NCBI GenBank assembly: GCA_963842265.1
Contig: CAWJGE010000010.1
Location: forward strand, 114,673 to 178,672
Source of the DNA: an uncultured Actinomycetota bacterium
GTDB lineage: Bacteria; Actinomycetota; Actinomycetes; Streptosporangiales; Streptosporangiaceae
Direction: 5' to 3'
DNA length: 64,000 nt
Both the position numbers and the translations under genes were made by a program. Below, piece after piece: positions 9,232 through 18,831 of the stretch. The stretch's first letter is position 1. Each line of letters starts with the position of its first letter. The notes beneath the pieces are model-generated. The model was not told the DNA's origin. It did not search any database and worked only from the letters and a program-made list of their open reading frames with translations.

Positions 9232-9338
9232 CGCATCAGCCTAACCAAGCACGTACGCTTCCGGCATCAGCTGCACTAGCCTGTCAAGCAACGTCTGCGC
9301 TTTGAGCCGAGGGCGGCCCCGGCGGCGCGGGAGGCGGC

Positions 9339-11558
9339 ATGACGGAAAAAGACCAGCCCGGGCTCTCGGCGCGCCAGATGGCCGCCGAGTATGCCGCCGG
9401 CACGGTATTCGACATCAACGCATGCGCGCGCGAACCCATCCATCTGCTGGGCTCGGTGCAGTCGTACGGCGCGCTGCTGGCGCTGGCCGAGCCGGGCCTG
9501 ACCGTCGCGGTGGCGAGCTCCAATACCGCCGCGCTGCTGGGGGTGGCGCCGGAGGCGCTGCTTGGCTTGCCGGTAGCGGACATTCTCGGCCCCGAACAGG
9601 CGGAGCGGCTGCGCCTGGCAGCGTCCGACGATGACGGCGTGCCGGCGATAGTGCCTGTTCAGCTGGAGGAGCGCCAGCAGGGCTATCAGCTTGAGGTCAG
9701 CCTGCATCGCGGCGACGGCTTGGTGATCTGCGAGTTCGAGCCGTCGGCCGACGAGCCGTTCCGGTTCTCGTCGTTCTATCCGGGTGTGCGACGTGGGTTG
9801 CTGCGGCTGGAGAGCACGCGGACGGCGGCGGACCTGTGCCAGGCCGCGGTCCGGCAGGTACGGGCCTTCACCGGCTACGACCGGGTGGTGGCCTACCGCT
9901 TCGAGGGCGACGGGCCAGGCGAGGTGATCGCGGAGGATGCCGCCCCCGGCTGGGAGCCGTGGCTGGGGCTATGGTTCCCCGCGATCGATGTGCCGCCGCA
10001 GGCGCGGCAGCTTTACCTGCGGAACTGGATCCGGGTCATCGCCGACGTGAATGACAGCGGCGCGGCGCTGACCCCTGCGCTGCGGCCGGGAACGCAGCGG
10101 CCGCTCGACTTGTCCAGTTCGGTACTGCGCACCGTGTCGGGCTACCACCTGGAGTACCTGCGTAACATCGGCGTGCGCGGTTCGATGTCGGTATCGCTCG
10201 TCAAGGACGGGCGGCTGTGGGGACTGATTGCCTGCCACAGCGGCGTGCCCCGGCGGCTGACGGCCGATCAGCGCGCCGCGTGCGAGATGTTCGGAATCGC
10301 GCTGTCGCTGCAGCTTGACAGCATCGAGGACCGCCAGCGCGCGGCGGACGAAGCTGAGGCCCGGCGAATCCTGCAGCAGATGACCGCCACTGCGGGGGCC
10401 AGCGCGCCAGAGCGCTTCGGCGAGCACATCGTCGCCGGATCCGCCCGGCTGTCCGACCTGATCGGCGCCGATGGCATCTACCTGCGCTTGGGCGCCGCCT
10501 CGTACGCATCTGGCCTGGTCCCGGAGCAGTCGGCCCTGCCGGCCTTGCTGGCGCGCCTGCCCACGGTGCCGGTGGGTCAGGCATGGTCGACGAACCGCCT
10601 GGGCGAGGAAGCCGGGGACCTGGCCCACCTCGCCGGTGACTGCGCTGGCATCCTGCTGGTACCGCTGAGTTCCGGTGGCGATGTGCTGGCCTGGTTCCGC
10701 GGTGAGGTATCGCGCACGCTGCGGTGGGCGGCTGATCCGGAGCGCCCGGTCGTCACCGGCAGCCGGGGGCAGCGGCTGACCCCGCGCGGGTCCTCCTCGG
10801 TGTGGCTCCAGACCGTGCGCGGGCAAAGCCTGCCCTGGTCGGACCAGGCTCACGGCATCGCCGTGGAAACGTACCGGGCCTTGCTCGAAGCTGCCGTGCG
10901 GCACGTGGCGACGCTGAGCAAAGCCTGCGCGGAGCCTCTCCAGGGGATCGCAGGCTACGCCACCGTCATCGAGGAGGACTCCGCGGCACCTGACGACGTG
11001 ATCGGGCAACGGCTGGACACCATTCGCTGGCTCGCCGTGCGCATGGATGAGCTGCTCAACTCGCTGCTGGAATATTCGCGCCTGGGCCGGGCGGACCTGA
11101 ACGTGACGGCGGTATCGCTGGACGACGTGCTCGACGAGGTCGAGGAGATCCTCGGTGCCCGGTTCGCCGAGGCCAGCGTGCAGCTACGCCGCCCCATGCG
11201 GCTGGGCGTCGTCTCCGGCGATCGTATCCGGCTGCAGGAAGTGCTGGTCAACCTGATCAGCAACGCCGTCAAGTACGCCGCGGCCGACCTGCCGCGGTGG
11301 GTGGAGGTCGGCTACGAGGACGTCGTGCCGCCCGATACCGGTCAGCCGGTGCGCGCTTTCTACGTTCGGGACAACGGCACCGGCGTCTGGGCCGACCAAC
11401 AGGCGTACGTCTCCCGGCTGCTAGACGAGCCGGGCACCGGCGGCGGCGGTGCGGGCGCCGGGTTGACGATCAGCCGCCGCATCATCGAACGCCACGGAGG
11501 GCGGCTGTGGGTTCGTTCGGCGCCGGAGCAGGGCACCACGTTCTACTTCACCGTCTAG
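9339..11558 (+). CDS. bphP: Bacteriophytochrome (PAS-GAF-PHY photosensory core + HisKA-like/HATPase_c output)
   Basis: N-terminal Cys followed by CAREPIHLLGSVQSYGALLAL. C-terminal N box LVNLISNAVKYA, G1 VRDNGTGV, G2 GAGAGLTISRRIIERHGG. Confidence 0.9.
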   Translation: MTEKDQPGLSARQMAAEYAAGTVFDINACAREPIHLLGSVQSYGALLALAEPGLTVAVASSNTAALLGVAPEALLGLPVADILGPEQAERLRLAASDDDGVPAIVPVQLEERQQGYQLEVSLHRGDGLVICEFEPSADEPFRFSSFYPGVRRGLLRLESTRTAADLCQAAVRQVRAFTGYDRVVAYRFEGDGPGEVIAEDAAPGWEPWLGLWFPAIDVPPQARQLYLRNWIRVIADVNDSGAALTPALRPGTQRPLDLSSSVLRTVSGYHLEYLRNIGVRGSMSVSLVKDGRLWGLIACHSGVPRRLTADQRAACEMFGIALSLQLDSIEDRQRAADEAEARRILQQMTATAGASAPERFGEHIVAGSARLSDLIGADGIYLRLGAASYASGLVPEQSALPALLARLPTVPVGQAWSTNRLGEEAGDLAHLAGDCAGILLVPLSSGGDVLAWFRGEVSRTLRWAADPERPVVTGSRGQRLTPRGSSSVWLQTVRGQSLPWSDQAHGIAVETYRALLEAAVRHVATLSKACAEPLQGIAGYATVIEEDSAAPDDVIGQRLDTIRWLAVRMDELLNSLLEYSRLGRADLNVTAVSLDDVLDEVEEILGARFAEASVQLRRPMRLGVVSGDRIRLQEVLVNLISNAVKYAAADLPRWVEVGYEDVVPPDTGQPVRAFYVRDNGTGVWADQQAYVSRLLDEPGTGGGGAGAGLTISRRIIERHGGRLWVRSAPEQGTTFYFTV

Positions 11559-11578
11559 CGCACCGGTCCGCCGGACGG

Positions 11579-11938
11579 TCAGGGCCAGAACGGCCTGACC
11601 TCGATCTTCCCGAACGCGGCCACCGGATGCGCCGCGGCCACCTGCACAGCTTCGGCGATGTTCGCGCACTCGAGCACGTCGTATCCGCAGATGATCTCCT
11701 TGGTCTCGGCGAACGGGCCGTCGCTGACCAGGATCTCGCCGTCGCGCACCAGCACCGTCTTGGCCTCCCGGGGAGGCCGGAGCCGGTCGCCGTCCAGCCG
11801 GATGCCGCGGGCGATCACGTCATCGAGCCAGGGAAAGCTCTCGCCGTCCCCGGTGTCCGCCGCGTCCGACGTCTCCTGGGGCGCCTCGTCGTTCTCGAAG
11901 CGGTCTTCCTCGACGCACACCAGCATCAGGAACTTCAT
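11579..11938 (-). CDS. YciI-family (YCII/DGPF) small protein
   Basis: MKFLMLVCVEEDRFE...DGPFAETKEIICGYDVLECANIAEAV. I place the start at the internal ATG (11936-11938) of track ORF 11579-12196. Confidence 0.75.
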   Translation of the reverse strand: MKFLMLVCVEEDRFENDEAPQETSDAADTGDGESFPWLDDVIARGIRLDGDRLRPPREAKTVLVRDGEILVSDGPFAETKEIICGYDVLECANIAEAVQVAAAHPVAAFGKIEVRPFWP

Positions 11939-12132
11939 GTCGCCTCCGATCTTCGTGGCCTGCCCGGGGTAGCAGGCGTTTACATCATCTCGACGAACGG
12001 GAGTCGCGCAAAAGACACCCCGGACGCGTCGGACCCGCACCCGGGCGGGTCCGACGCGAGCCAGCAGTTCTTCAGCTGATGGCAGTGACCGCGAAGGCCG
12101 CCACCGTGCCCAGCACGGCCAGCACGGCGGTT

Positions 12133-12249
12133 CGCAACCACGTATCGGCCATCTTGATGAAACTGCAGGTGACCGACCGGACCGCCGCCGCATCAAGGCC
12201 CGCGACGCTCGCTAGCCTCTCGCCCGCTCGGCGTGATATAGGAACCTAA
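12133..12249 (+). pseudogene. Remnant of a LuxR-type C-terminal HTH (last ~25 residues only)
   Basis: Translation RNHVSAILMKLQVTDRTAAAS... matches the end of LuxR/NarL DNA-binding domains. There is no upstream coding continuity. Confidence 0.4.
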
Positions 12250-12740
12250 CGAGCGAGGTTCGTGCCCCCCGGATGTACCAGCCCGTTCTCGTAGGCGAAC
12301 ACCACCGCCTGCACCCGGTCCCGCAGGTTCAGCTTGGCCAGCAGGCTGGCCACGTGCGACTTGACCGTCGAGGGCTCGACCACGAGCTGCGCGGCGATCT
12401 CGGCGTTGGACAGGCCCCGCGCCAGCAGCCGCAGCACGTCGGTTTCGCGGGCCGTCAGTGTCTCCAGCTTCGGCCCGGGCGCGGCGGGCCGGGCGAACTG
12501 CTCGATCAGCCGGCGGGTGCTGGCCGGCGCGAGCAGCCCGTCGCCCGCGTGGACAGTCCGGATCGCCGCGACGAGCTGCGCGGGCGGGGCGGTCTTGAGC
12601 AGGAAGCCGGACGCGCCCGCCTGGAACGCGTCCACCACGTAGTCGTCGAGGTCGAACGTCGTCAGCATCACCACGCGGGTGCCGCCGAGCTGCGGGGCCA
12701 GCCGCCTGGTCGCCTCGATCCCCCGCGCGGCGGAGCGAAC
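12246..12740 (-). pseudogene. NarL/LuxR-family response regulator lacking the N-terminal half of the receiver domain
   Basis: [43 protein letters not shown]...[22 protein letters not shown]... is intact. The region that should hold the phospho-acceptor Asp (DxRMPxMD) is absent and is replaced by unrelated sequence overlapping the next plus-strand gene. Confidence 0.6.
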
Positions 12741-12822
12741 TTCGCCACCGCGGCCGAAGACGCACCCGGGTCGCCGCTCGTAGCGTCGGAGCTCACGCAA
12801 CCACCTGCCAGGAGGCACAACC

Positions 12823-13437
12823 ATGAACCAGCCCATGCTCCCCCGGCTCGGAGCCGCTTGCGGCGCCGTCTTCGCGATCGTCCTCACCGTCGCCGCAGGC
12901 AACGGCAACCAGTCTTTCTCCGGCCCGCGGGCGGTGGCCGGCATCGCGGCCATCACTCTCGCCTTGCCGTTTATCGCCTACCTATGCAGCGTGCTGCGCG
13001 AGGCCGAAGGAGCGGACGGCTGGCTGGTGTCCACGGCGTTCGCCGCCGGGATCACCGGCATCGTGCTTAAACTCGGCAGCGGCGCCCCGGAGCTAGCCAT
13101 GCACAAGGCCCATCTCCTCGCAGGCACTCAGCTCAACACCGCGATCAGCGCGATCGGCGACGGCGCGACCGTGATCTGCCTTTATCCGCTCGCCGTATTC
13201 TGCGCGGCCACCGCCGTCGTCGCCTTCCGCACCCGCGCCCTGCCGCGCTGGCTGGCGGTCGGCGCCGCGGTCACCGCCGCCGCGCTCGCGGTCAACGGCG
13301 CCTTCCTCGGCACCGATTCCGTTCCCGCCCTGCTCCTCTTCCTGCTCTGGACCTTGCTCGCCAGCGTGCACCTGCTGCGCCGCACCTGGCGCAAGCCCGC
13401 GCCCGCCGCGGTGGCCGAAGCGGTGGCGCGCGCCTGA
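12823..13437 (+). CDS. Hypothetical integral membrane protein (about 5-6 TM)
   Basis: AGGAGG lies 7 nt upstream of the ATG. Hydrophobic segments run throughout. No family recognised. Confidence 0.6.
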   Translation: MNQPMLPRLGAACGAVFAIVLTVAAGNGNQSFSGPRAVAGIAAITLALPFIAYLCSVLREAEGADGWLVSTAFAAGITGIVLKLGSGAPELAMHKAHLLAGTQLNTAISAIGDGATVICLYPLAVFCAATAVVAFRTRALPRWLAVGAAVTAAALAVNGAFLGTDSVPALLLFLLWTLLASVHLLRRTWRKPAPAAVAEAVARA

Positions 13438-13559
13438 GCGTCCGCGGCCCGCGGGCCCGCGCGCCGGAGCCTGCCTCCCGCGCGGGCCCGATGCCGTTGA
13501 CAACTCATCGAGGCCAGCGAAGACTATCTGCTCATCGGCAGTTGCCTGGGGGAGAGAAA

Positions 13560-15137
13560 ATGGACAGATGGCCAATCGTATACATTCGCGGCTACGCCGG
13601 GGCGACCGCCGGGATAAATGCTCAGGTCGAGGACCCGTTCTACGGCTTCAATAACGGGTCTACGCATATCCGCGTGGCCGGTGACGGCGCCCCGGCTTTC
13701 TTTCAGTTCGAGGGCCCGCTGGTCCGGCTGATAGGGGACGAGCAGTACAAGGTCTACGTCCGCGGCAGCCAGGATCAGGTCCTCGACGACCAGCAGGTGG
13801 AAATCGAGTCGGCGTCGCTGTGGATCTACCGGTTCTACGACCAGGCCGCGACCACCTTCCAAGCGCCGCCGCACCAGAATCTCGCCGAGAAGCTGCTTAC
13901 CTGGGGACGCCAGAAGGTCACCGCCGACGGGTTCAATATCGAGGACGCGGCCGTCGGCCTGTACGACTTCATACAGAAAATCCTGACTCGGACCCGCGCG
14001 CCGAAAGTGTATCTGGTCGCCCATTCGATGGGCGGTCTTATAGCGCGCTGCATGATACAGAAGAAGTGCCAGCAAGATGGCCGGGTCGCGGCGCGTGACA
14101 TCGTCGCCAGGCTCTTCACCTACGGAACCCCGCACGGCGGCATTCGGTCCGCTGGCGGCGTGGCCCAGTGGATCGAGGCGACATTCAGCCCGGCCGGGTC
14201 GGACATTTTCGCTCCCGAGAAGATGCAGGGCTACCTCGACCCGGCCAAGAATTTCGGCGATGACTGCGACCGGGGGTGGGATCCCCAGGTCATAGCCCCC
14301 GCGCTGTTCCCCGTCGACGACATCTTCTGCCTGGTCGGCACCGATCCGGCCGACTACGGATGGGGGCCCCGCACGGTCATGGGCCCGCAGACCGACGGCC
14401 TGGTCCACATCGCCAATGCCTACGTGCGCGGCGCGCACCGGGCTTATGTCTACAAGTCCCACTCGGGCCCGTACGGCGAGGTCAACTCCGAGGAGGGGTA
14501 CCAGAACCTGCGCCGGTTCCTGTTCGGCCGGTGGGCGGTGGAGGCGACGCTGGCCGGCGTCCAGTTGCCGCAGGAGGCGGGCACCTCGTTCCAGATGGAC
14601 ATGCGCCTGGCGATCCGCGGCCTGTCCGTGGTCATGAGCGAGCAGACCACCGATCACTGGTGCCCCATCATGCTGACCAACCCGCCGCCCGCTGGCGGCA
14701 CCACGCTCGTCCGCACCTTCCTGCTCGACCCGGCCGATCACCCGGCCGACACCGCCGTGGCCGAGCGGCAGATGCGCTACACCGTCACCCTGCGGCTGTT
14801 CCGCGTCCGCGATTCCAACGGCATATTCGATTTCAGCAACTCGATCGAGCAGGTCCCGCTCTGGTCGGACGCGCTCATCGTCGACGTCGATCCGGACCAG
14901 GACGGCACCGGGCTGGCCGCGCATGCCGTGTGGAACTCCGCCCTGCCCGGGGCCAGCCAGAATCCCGCCTCGATCCCCGACCAGCTGCCGCCCGGCGCCA
15001 CCGAGCCGCTGACCTTCCAGCTCGAAGGGCAGGCCCTGGTCGCGTCGGTCGACTTGCCCGCAGCGGTCCTGGCGGCCGGCCTGCTGGGCGGCCAGGCCGG
15101 CCTCCGGCTGACCGTCAGCCCGCGGCCCGCCCCGTGA
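13560..15137 (+). CDS. Alpha/beta-hydrolase (PGAP1/lipase-like serine esterase) with about 200-aa C-terminal domain of unknown function
   Basis: Nucleophile elbow VYLVAHSMGGLIARC, then GTPHGG, QTDGLV and KSHSG (candidate Ser-Asp-His). ATG at 13560 is preceded by GGGGGAGAG. A/T-ending codons (ATA, AAT, TAT, TTT) are visibly more frequent than in the neighbours. Confidence 0.75.
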   Translation: MDRWPIVYIRGYAGATAGINAQVEDPFYGFNNGSTHIRVAGDGAPAFFQFEGPLVRLIGDEQYKVYVRGSQDQVLDDQQVEIESASLWIYRFYDQAATTFQAPPHQNLAEKLLTWGRQKVTADGFNIEDAAVGLYDFIQKILTRTRAPKVYLVAHSMGGLIARCMIQKKCQQDGRVAARDIVARLFTYGTPHGGIRSAGGVAQWIEATFSPAGSDIFAPEKMQGYLDPAKNFGDDCDRGWDPQVIAPALFPVDDIFCLVGTDPADYGWGPRTVMGPQTDGLVHIANAYVRGAHRAYVYKSHSGPYGEVNSEEGYQNLRRFLFGRWAVEATLAGVQLPQEAGTSFQMDMRLAIRGLSVVMSEQTTDHWCPIMLTNPPPAGGTTLVRTFLLDPADHPADTAVAERQMRYTVTLRLFRVRDSNGIFDFSNSIEQVPLWSDALIVDVDPDQDGTGLAAHAVWNSALPGASQNPASIPDQLPPGATEPLTFQLEGQALVASVDLPAAVLAAGLLGGQAGLRLTVSPRPAP

Positions 15138-15383
15138 GCGCGGCGGCCAGCACCCCCGCCACGCAGCCGACGACCGACTTCGACACCGACATGAGCAGGT
15201 GCGGGGTACCGGCGGTCATGCCCGCGTCGTACCGTTCGGCTACCAGCTGCCCGTCGTGCAGCACCACCAGCGCGTCGGGTGACCCGCGCCCGCGGGGGCC
15301 GGAGGGAAGCCGGTCATGAGCGAGCCGTCGGCTGCGGAAGCCGCGTCGTCGCGCGCGGCGGCCTGGGCCGCACCTTCATGAGT
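15113..15383 (-). pseudogene. N-terminal fragment of a beta-lactamase-fold serine hydrolase (frameshifted, truncated just after SxxK)
   Basis: My minus-strand translation PDALVVLHDGQLVAERYDAGMTAGTPHLLMSVSKSVVGCVAGVLAAALTGRAAG* parallels AYLVLQDGELVTEWYGRLGAPDRPHALMSVSKSVLGCVAAVLIDRG of the intact gene at 15442. Confidence 0.55.
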
Positions 15384-15441
15384 CATGTGGCGCAAGACTA
15401 ACCCAACATTGGCACTGGGAGCCGTGATCTAGGATTCGGCT

Positions 15442-16773
15442 ATGCCGCAGGAGCCGGATCCCGAAGTCCAGGGCGCGCCGGTCACCGCGCGCAACTGGCA
15501 GGACCCGCCCGGCAACCGCTGGGCCTTCTGGCACGTCGGCGAGCTCCTGCCCACCTACCCCGTGTCCCGCGGCGACGGCCCGCCCCGTGAGCTGCCTCGG
15601 TCGCCACGCGCAGACCACCGGCCCGCCCGCGACCTGCTCGCGGTCGTCGTGACCCGCGCGGACGGCTCGGCCGGCACCGTGGGTGAGGTGCTCGATGACA
15701 CCTTCACCGACGCCTACCTGGTGCTGCAGGACGGCGAACTCGTCACCGAGTGGTACGGCCGGCTGGGCGCCCCGGACCGGCCGCACGCGCTGATGTCGGT
15801 GTCGAAGTCCGTGCTGGGCTGCGTGGCCGCCGTGCTCATCGACCGCGGCCAGCTCGACCCCGACCGGGAGATCACCGGCTACGTACCCGAACTGGCCGCC
15901 AGCGGCTACGCCGGCGCCCTGGTCCGGCACGTCCTCGACATGCGCAGCGGGGTCAGGTTCGTGGAGGAGTACGCCAACCCGCACTCCGACATCCGGCGGC
16001 TCGACGAGTGGATCGGCTGCCGGGAATCGGCAGGGCCTGGCCAGAGCGAGCCCCGCGGGCTCTACCGGTTCCTGGCCACGCTGTCAGCCGAGGCGCCGCA
16101 CGGTGAGAGGTTCCTGTACCGCTCCGCGGAATCGGACGTACTCGGCTGGGTGTGCGAGCGCGCGGCCGCCCGGTCCATGGCCGACCTGGTGTCCGAGCTG
16201 ATCTGGGCGCCGATGGGCGCCGGCCACGACGCCGCCCTGCTGCACGACGGCCTGGGCACCGCCGTGCACGACGGGGGCCTGTGCGCCACCGCCCGCGACG
16301 TGGCCCGGTTCGGCCAGATGCTGCTGGACGGCGGGCTGGTTCCGGACGGGACACCGAGTTCCCGCCGGGTCGTGCCGCCCCGCTGGCTCCGCCAGGCCTG
16401 GGCCGTCGACTCCGGCACGCGCGCGGCGTTCGCCGCGTCGCCCGCCGAGTGGGCGTTTCCCGGCGGCTGGTACCGGCACCAGTTCTGGTTCCGCCCGGGC
16501 GACTACGGCGACGTGCTGCTCTGCCTGGGTATCCACGGCCAGATGGTGCACGTGAGCCGGGCCACGAACACGGTCTGCGTGAAGTTCTCCACCTGGCCGG
16601 AGGCGCAGAACCCGGCCTATATGGAGGACACGCTGCGTGCCTTCAACGCCGTCGGCGGCTTCCTGGTCGGCCGGGAACCCGGGCGGCGCCGCCTGGCCGG
16701 GGTGGTCTCCGGCCTGAGCCGCAGCGGCGACACGGCCCCGCCGACCCCACCCTCGCCGCCGACCGTGATCTGA
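15442..16773 (+). CDS. Beta-lactamase-fold serine hydrolase
   Basis: SVSKS (SxxK) motif, 443 aa. Confidence 0.85.
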   Translation: MPQEPDPEVQGAPVTARNWQDPPGNRWAFWHVGELLPTYPVSRGDGPPRELPRSPRADHRPARDLLAVVVTRADGSAGTVGEVLDDTFTDAYLVLQDGELVTEWYGRLGAPDRPHALMSVSKSVLGCVAAVLIDRGQLDPDREITGYVPELAASGYAGALVRHVLDMRSGVRFVEEYANPHSDIRRLDEWIGCRESAGPGQSEPRGLYRFLATLSAEAPHGERFLYRSAESDVLGWVCERAAARSMADLVSELIWAPMGAGHDAALLHDGLGTAVHDGGLCATARDVARFGQMLLDGGLVPDGTPSSRRVVPPRWLRQAWAVDSGTRAAFAASPAEWAFPGGWYRHQFWFRPGDYGDVLLCLGIHGQMVHVSRATNTVCVKFSTWPEAQNPAYMEDTLRAFNAVGGFLVGREPGRRRLAGVVSGLSRSGDTAPPTPPSPPTVI

Positions 16774-16847
16774 GCCAGCGCCCGGCCGCGGCCCATCGCC
16801 AAGATCGCTTCTCGACGGCGGGCCAAGCGTGGCTTTAGCCTGGCGGT

Positions 16848-18321
16848 ATGGCAGGTTCAGAAAGCTCCGCCGGTTCGCCGCCCCGCCGCCACCTCGACGG
16901 CATCGCCGAGATCCGCACGTTCTTCCGGACCAACTCCCAGCCGATCTACTTCGTCGGCCCGACGGCATTCAACCTGCTCGGCATCGACCGATGGGTGCGC
17001 AACTTCCAGTACGTCGCCTACTACGACTCCTGGGACGGCCAGCACCCTCGGGTGTTCACCCCGGAGAACCGACCGTACATCGAGTTCTCCTCGAGCGAGC
17101 AGATCAACAACTACCTGCTGCGCGACGCCGAAGTGCGCGAATACCTGCGCGCGGCGCGGCGGGACGCCGATGGTCGCGATGGTGTTCTTCGACGCCGAGA
17201 CCGAGGAAATCTGCCGGGAGCAGGGCTATACGCTGATCCTGCCGCCGGATTCGCTGCGGCGCCGGCTGGACTCCAAGATCGTCACCACCCAGCTGGGCAA
17301 CGAGGCGGGCGCACCGTCGGTTCCGAACGTGCTCGGCCGGGCCGACAGCTACGCCGCGCTCTCCGCGCTCGCGGAGAGCGCCGGCCTCGGCGACAACCTG
17401 GTCGTGCAGACGCCCTACGGAGACTCCGGCAAGACGACTTTCTTCATCGCCTCCGAACGGGACTGGGACTCCTACGCCGCGGACATCGACGGCCAGCAGC
17501 TCAAGGTGATGAAGCGCATCAACAACCAGGCCGCGGCGGTGGAGGCGTGCATCACCAGGTACGGTACGATCGTCGGCCCGTTCATGACCGACCTGACCGG
17601 CTACCCCGAGCTCACCCCGTACAAGGGCGGCTGGTGCGGCAACGACGTGTTCCCCGAGGCGCTGTCGGAGGCCGAGCGCACCATCGCGATCAGCCACGTC
17701 CGCAGGCTGGGCGACCAGCTCGCCCAGGAAGGCTACAAGGGCTTCTTCGAGGTCGACGTGCTCACCGATACGGACACCGGCGCGGTCTACCTCGGCGAGC
17801 TGAACCCCCGGATATCGGGGGCGTCCTCGATGACCAACGTCACGGCCGGCGCCTACGCCGACGTGCCGCTGTTCCTGTTCCACCTGCTCGAGTTCATGGA
17901 CGTGGACTACACGGTCGACGTGGAGGAGATCAACGACCGCTGGCGCGCGCTGGCCGCGGTGGACGTCTGGTCGCAGCTGATCATGAAGGAGCCCGGCGAC
18001 GAGGTGGAGCGCATCCTGGCTGCCCCCCGCACCGGAGCCTGGCGGCTGGCCGACAGCGGCGCGCTCACCTTCGAGCACGTCACCAATGACTGGCACGAGA
18101 TCACCACCGAGGACGAGGCCTTCTTCATGCGCGTATACGGCCCGGGCGACTTCAAGTTCCACGGCGCCGACCTGGGCATCCTCGTCACCAAGGGCCGCAT
18201 GCAGACCCCCGAGGGCCTCACCGAGCGCTGCCGCCGCTACATCGAGGGCATCCGCGCCCAGTACAAGTCCGAGCCCCTCCCGCAAGCCCCCCCGGTCATC
18301 CCCATCGCCTACGTTAAGTAG
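16848..18321 (+). CDS. ATP-grasp ligase with pre-ATP-grasp N-domain (PGM1-like peptide-ligase type, tentative); apparent 1-nt frameshift near 17150-17172
   Basis: Track ORF 16848-18089 is protein-like only to ...EVREYLRAA. ORF 17170-18321 continues MVAMVFFDAETEEICREQGY... and carries the ATP-grasp GELNPRISG motif. The combined length is about 490 aa. Confidence 0.7.
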
Positions 18322-18564
18322 CCCGCTCCCGCGTTTTCATGATCTCAGTTCGGAGCAAATAGCGCCTGTCACCGCAAGTGGTTCCGGACCACTCCGCCCC
18401 TTCGCCCAGCCCGCGCCTGCTTTCCCCGGTGCCTCATGAGCCCGCCTCGCCACCCGAATCCGCGCCCCCGCCCGCGGCGGTAACAACGCCAATGTTCCAT
18501 TGGTGCACCCAGGCCCGGAAAAACCGGTCGCGGGCCGGACGGCACAGAGCGCATCCTTGAACAC

Positions 18565-18741
18565 ATGTTCCGGTTCGCCGTCAGCCTGGCGCCCGCTGCC
18601 GCGGGCGCGCTGACGGCTGCCCAGGCAAAGGCCCACGCCCAGGCAAAGGCCCACGCCCAGGCAAAGGCCCAGGCCTGCGCCCAGGCCCACGCCCAGGCAA
18701 AGGTCTACGCCCAGGCCCTGCCCGGCGGCGAGCGAGGCTGA
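18565..18741 (+). CDS. Possible 58-codon micro-ORF encoding a signal-like N-terminus plus AQAKAH-type hexapeptide repeats (speculative)
   Basis: My translation is MFRFAVSLAPAAAGALTAAQAKAHAQAKAHAQAKAQACAQAHAQAKVYAQALPGGERG*. There is no clear Shine-Dalgarno, and it is below the ORF-track length cutoff. Confidence 0.25.
   Translation: MFRFAVSLAPAAAGALTAAQAKAHAQAKAHAQAKAQACAQAHAQAKVYAQALPGGERG
18619..18716. repeat. 18-bp tandem repeat (GCCCAGGCAAAGGCCCAC), about 5.5 units
   Basis: Units start at 18619, 18637, 18655, 18673, 18691 and 18709, with a few substitutions. Confidence 0.9.
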
Positions 18742-18831
18742 CCCTTCCCCGGCGAGGCCGGGAGACCCCACGGGGGAGGGTTGGCACTCCCCGCGGGTCT
18801 CCGCGCCACTGCCCGAACCGGGAGAAGGAAC

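Noticed and set aside
17150-17172. Programmed ribosomal frameshifting in the ATP-grasp, decarboxylase or hsdM genes.
   Set aside because: There is no slippery heptamer or downstream stimulatory structure at the junctions. Simple indels in G/C runs are the more economical explanation.
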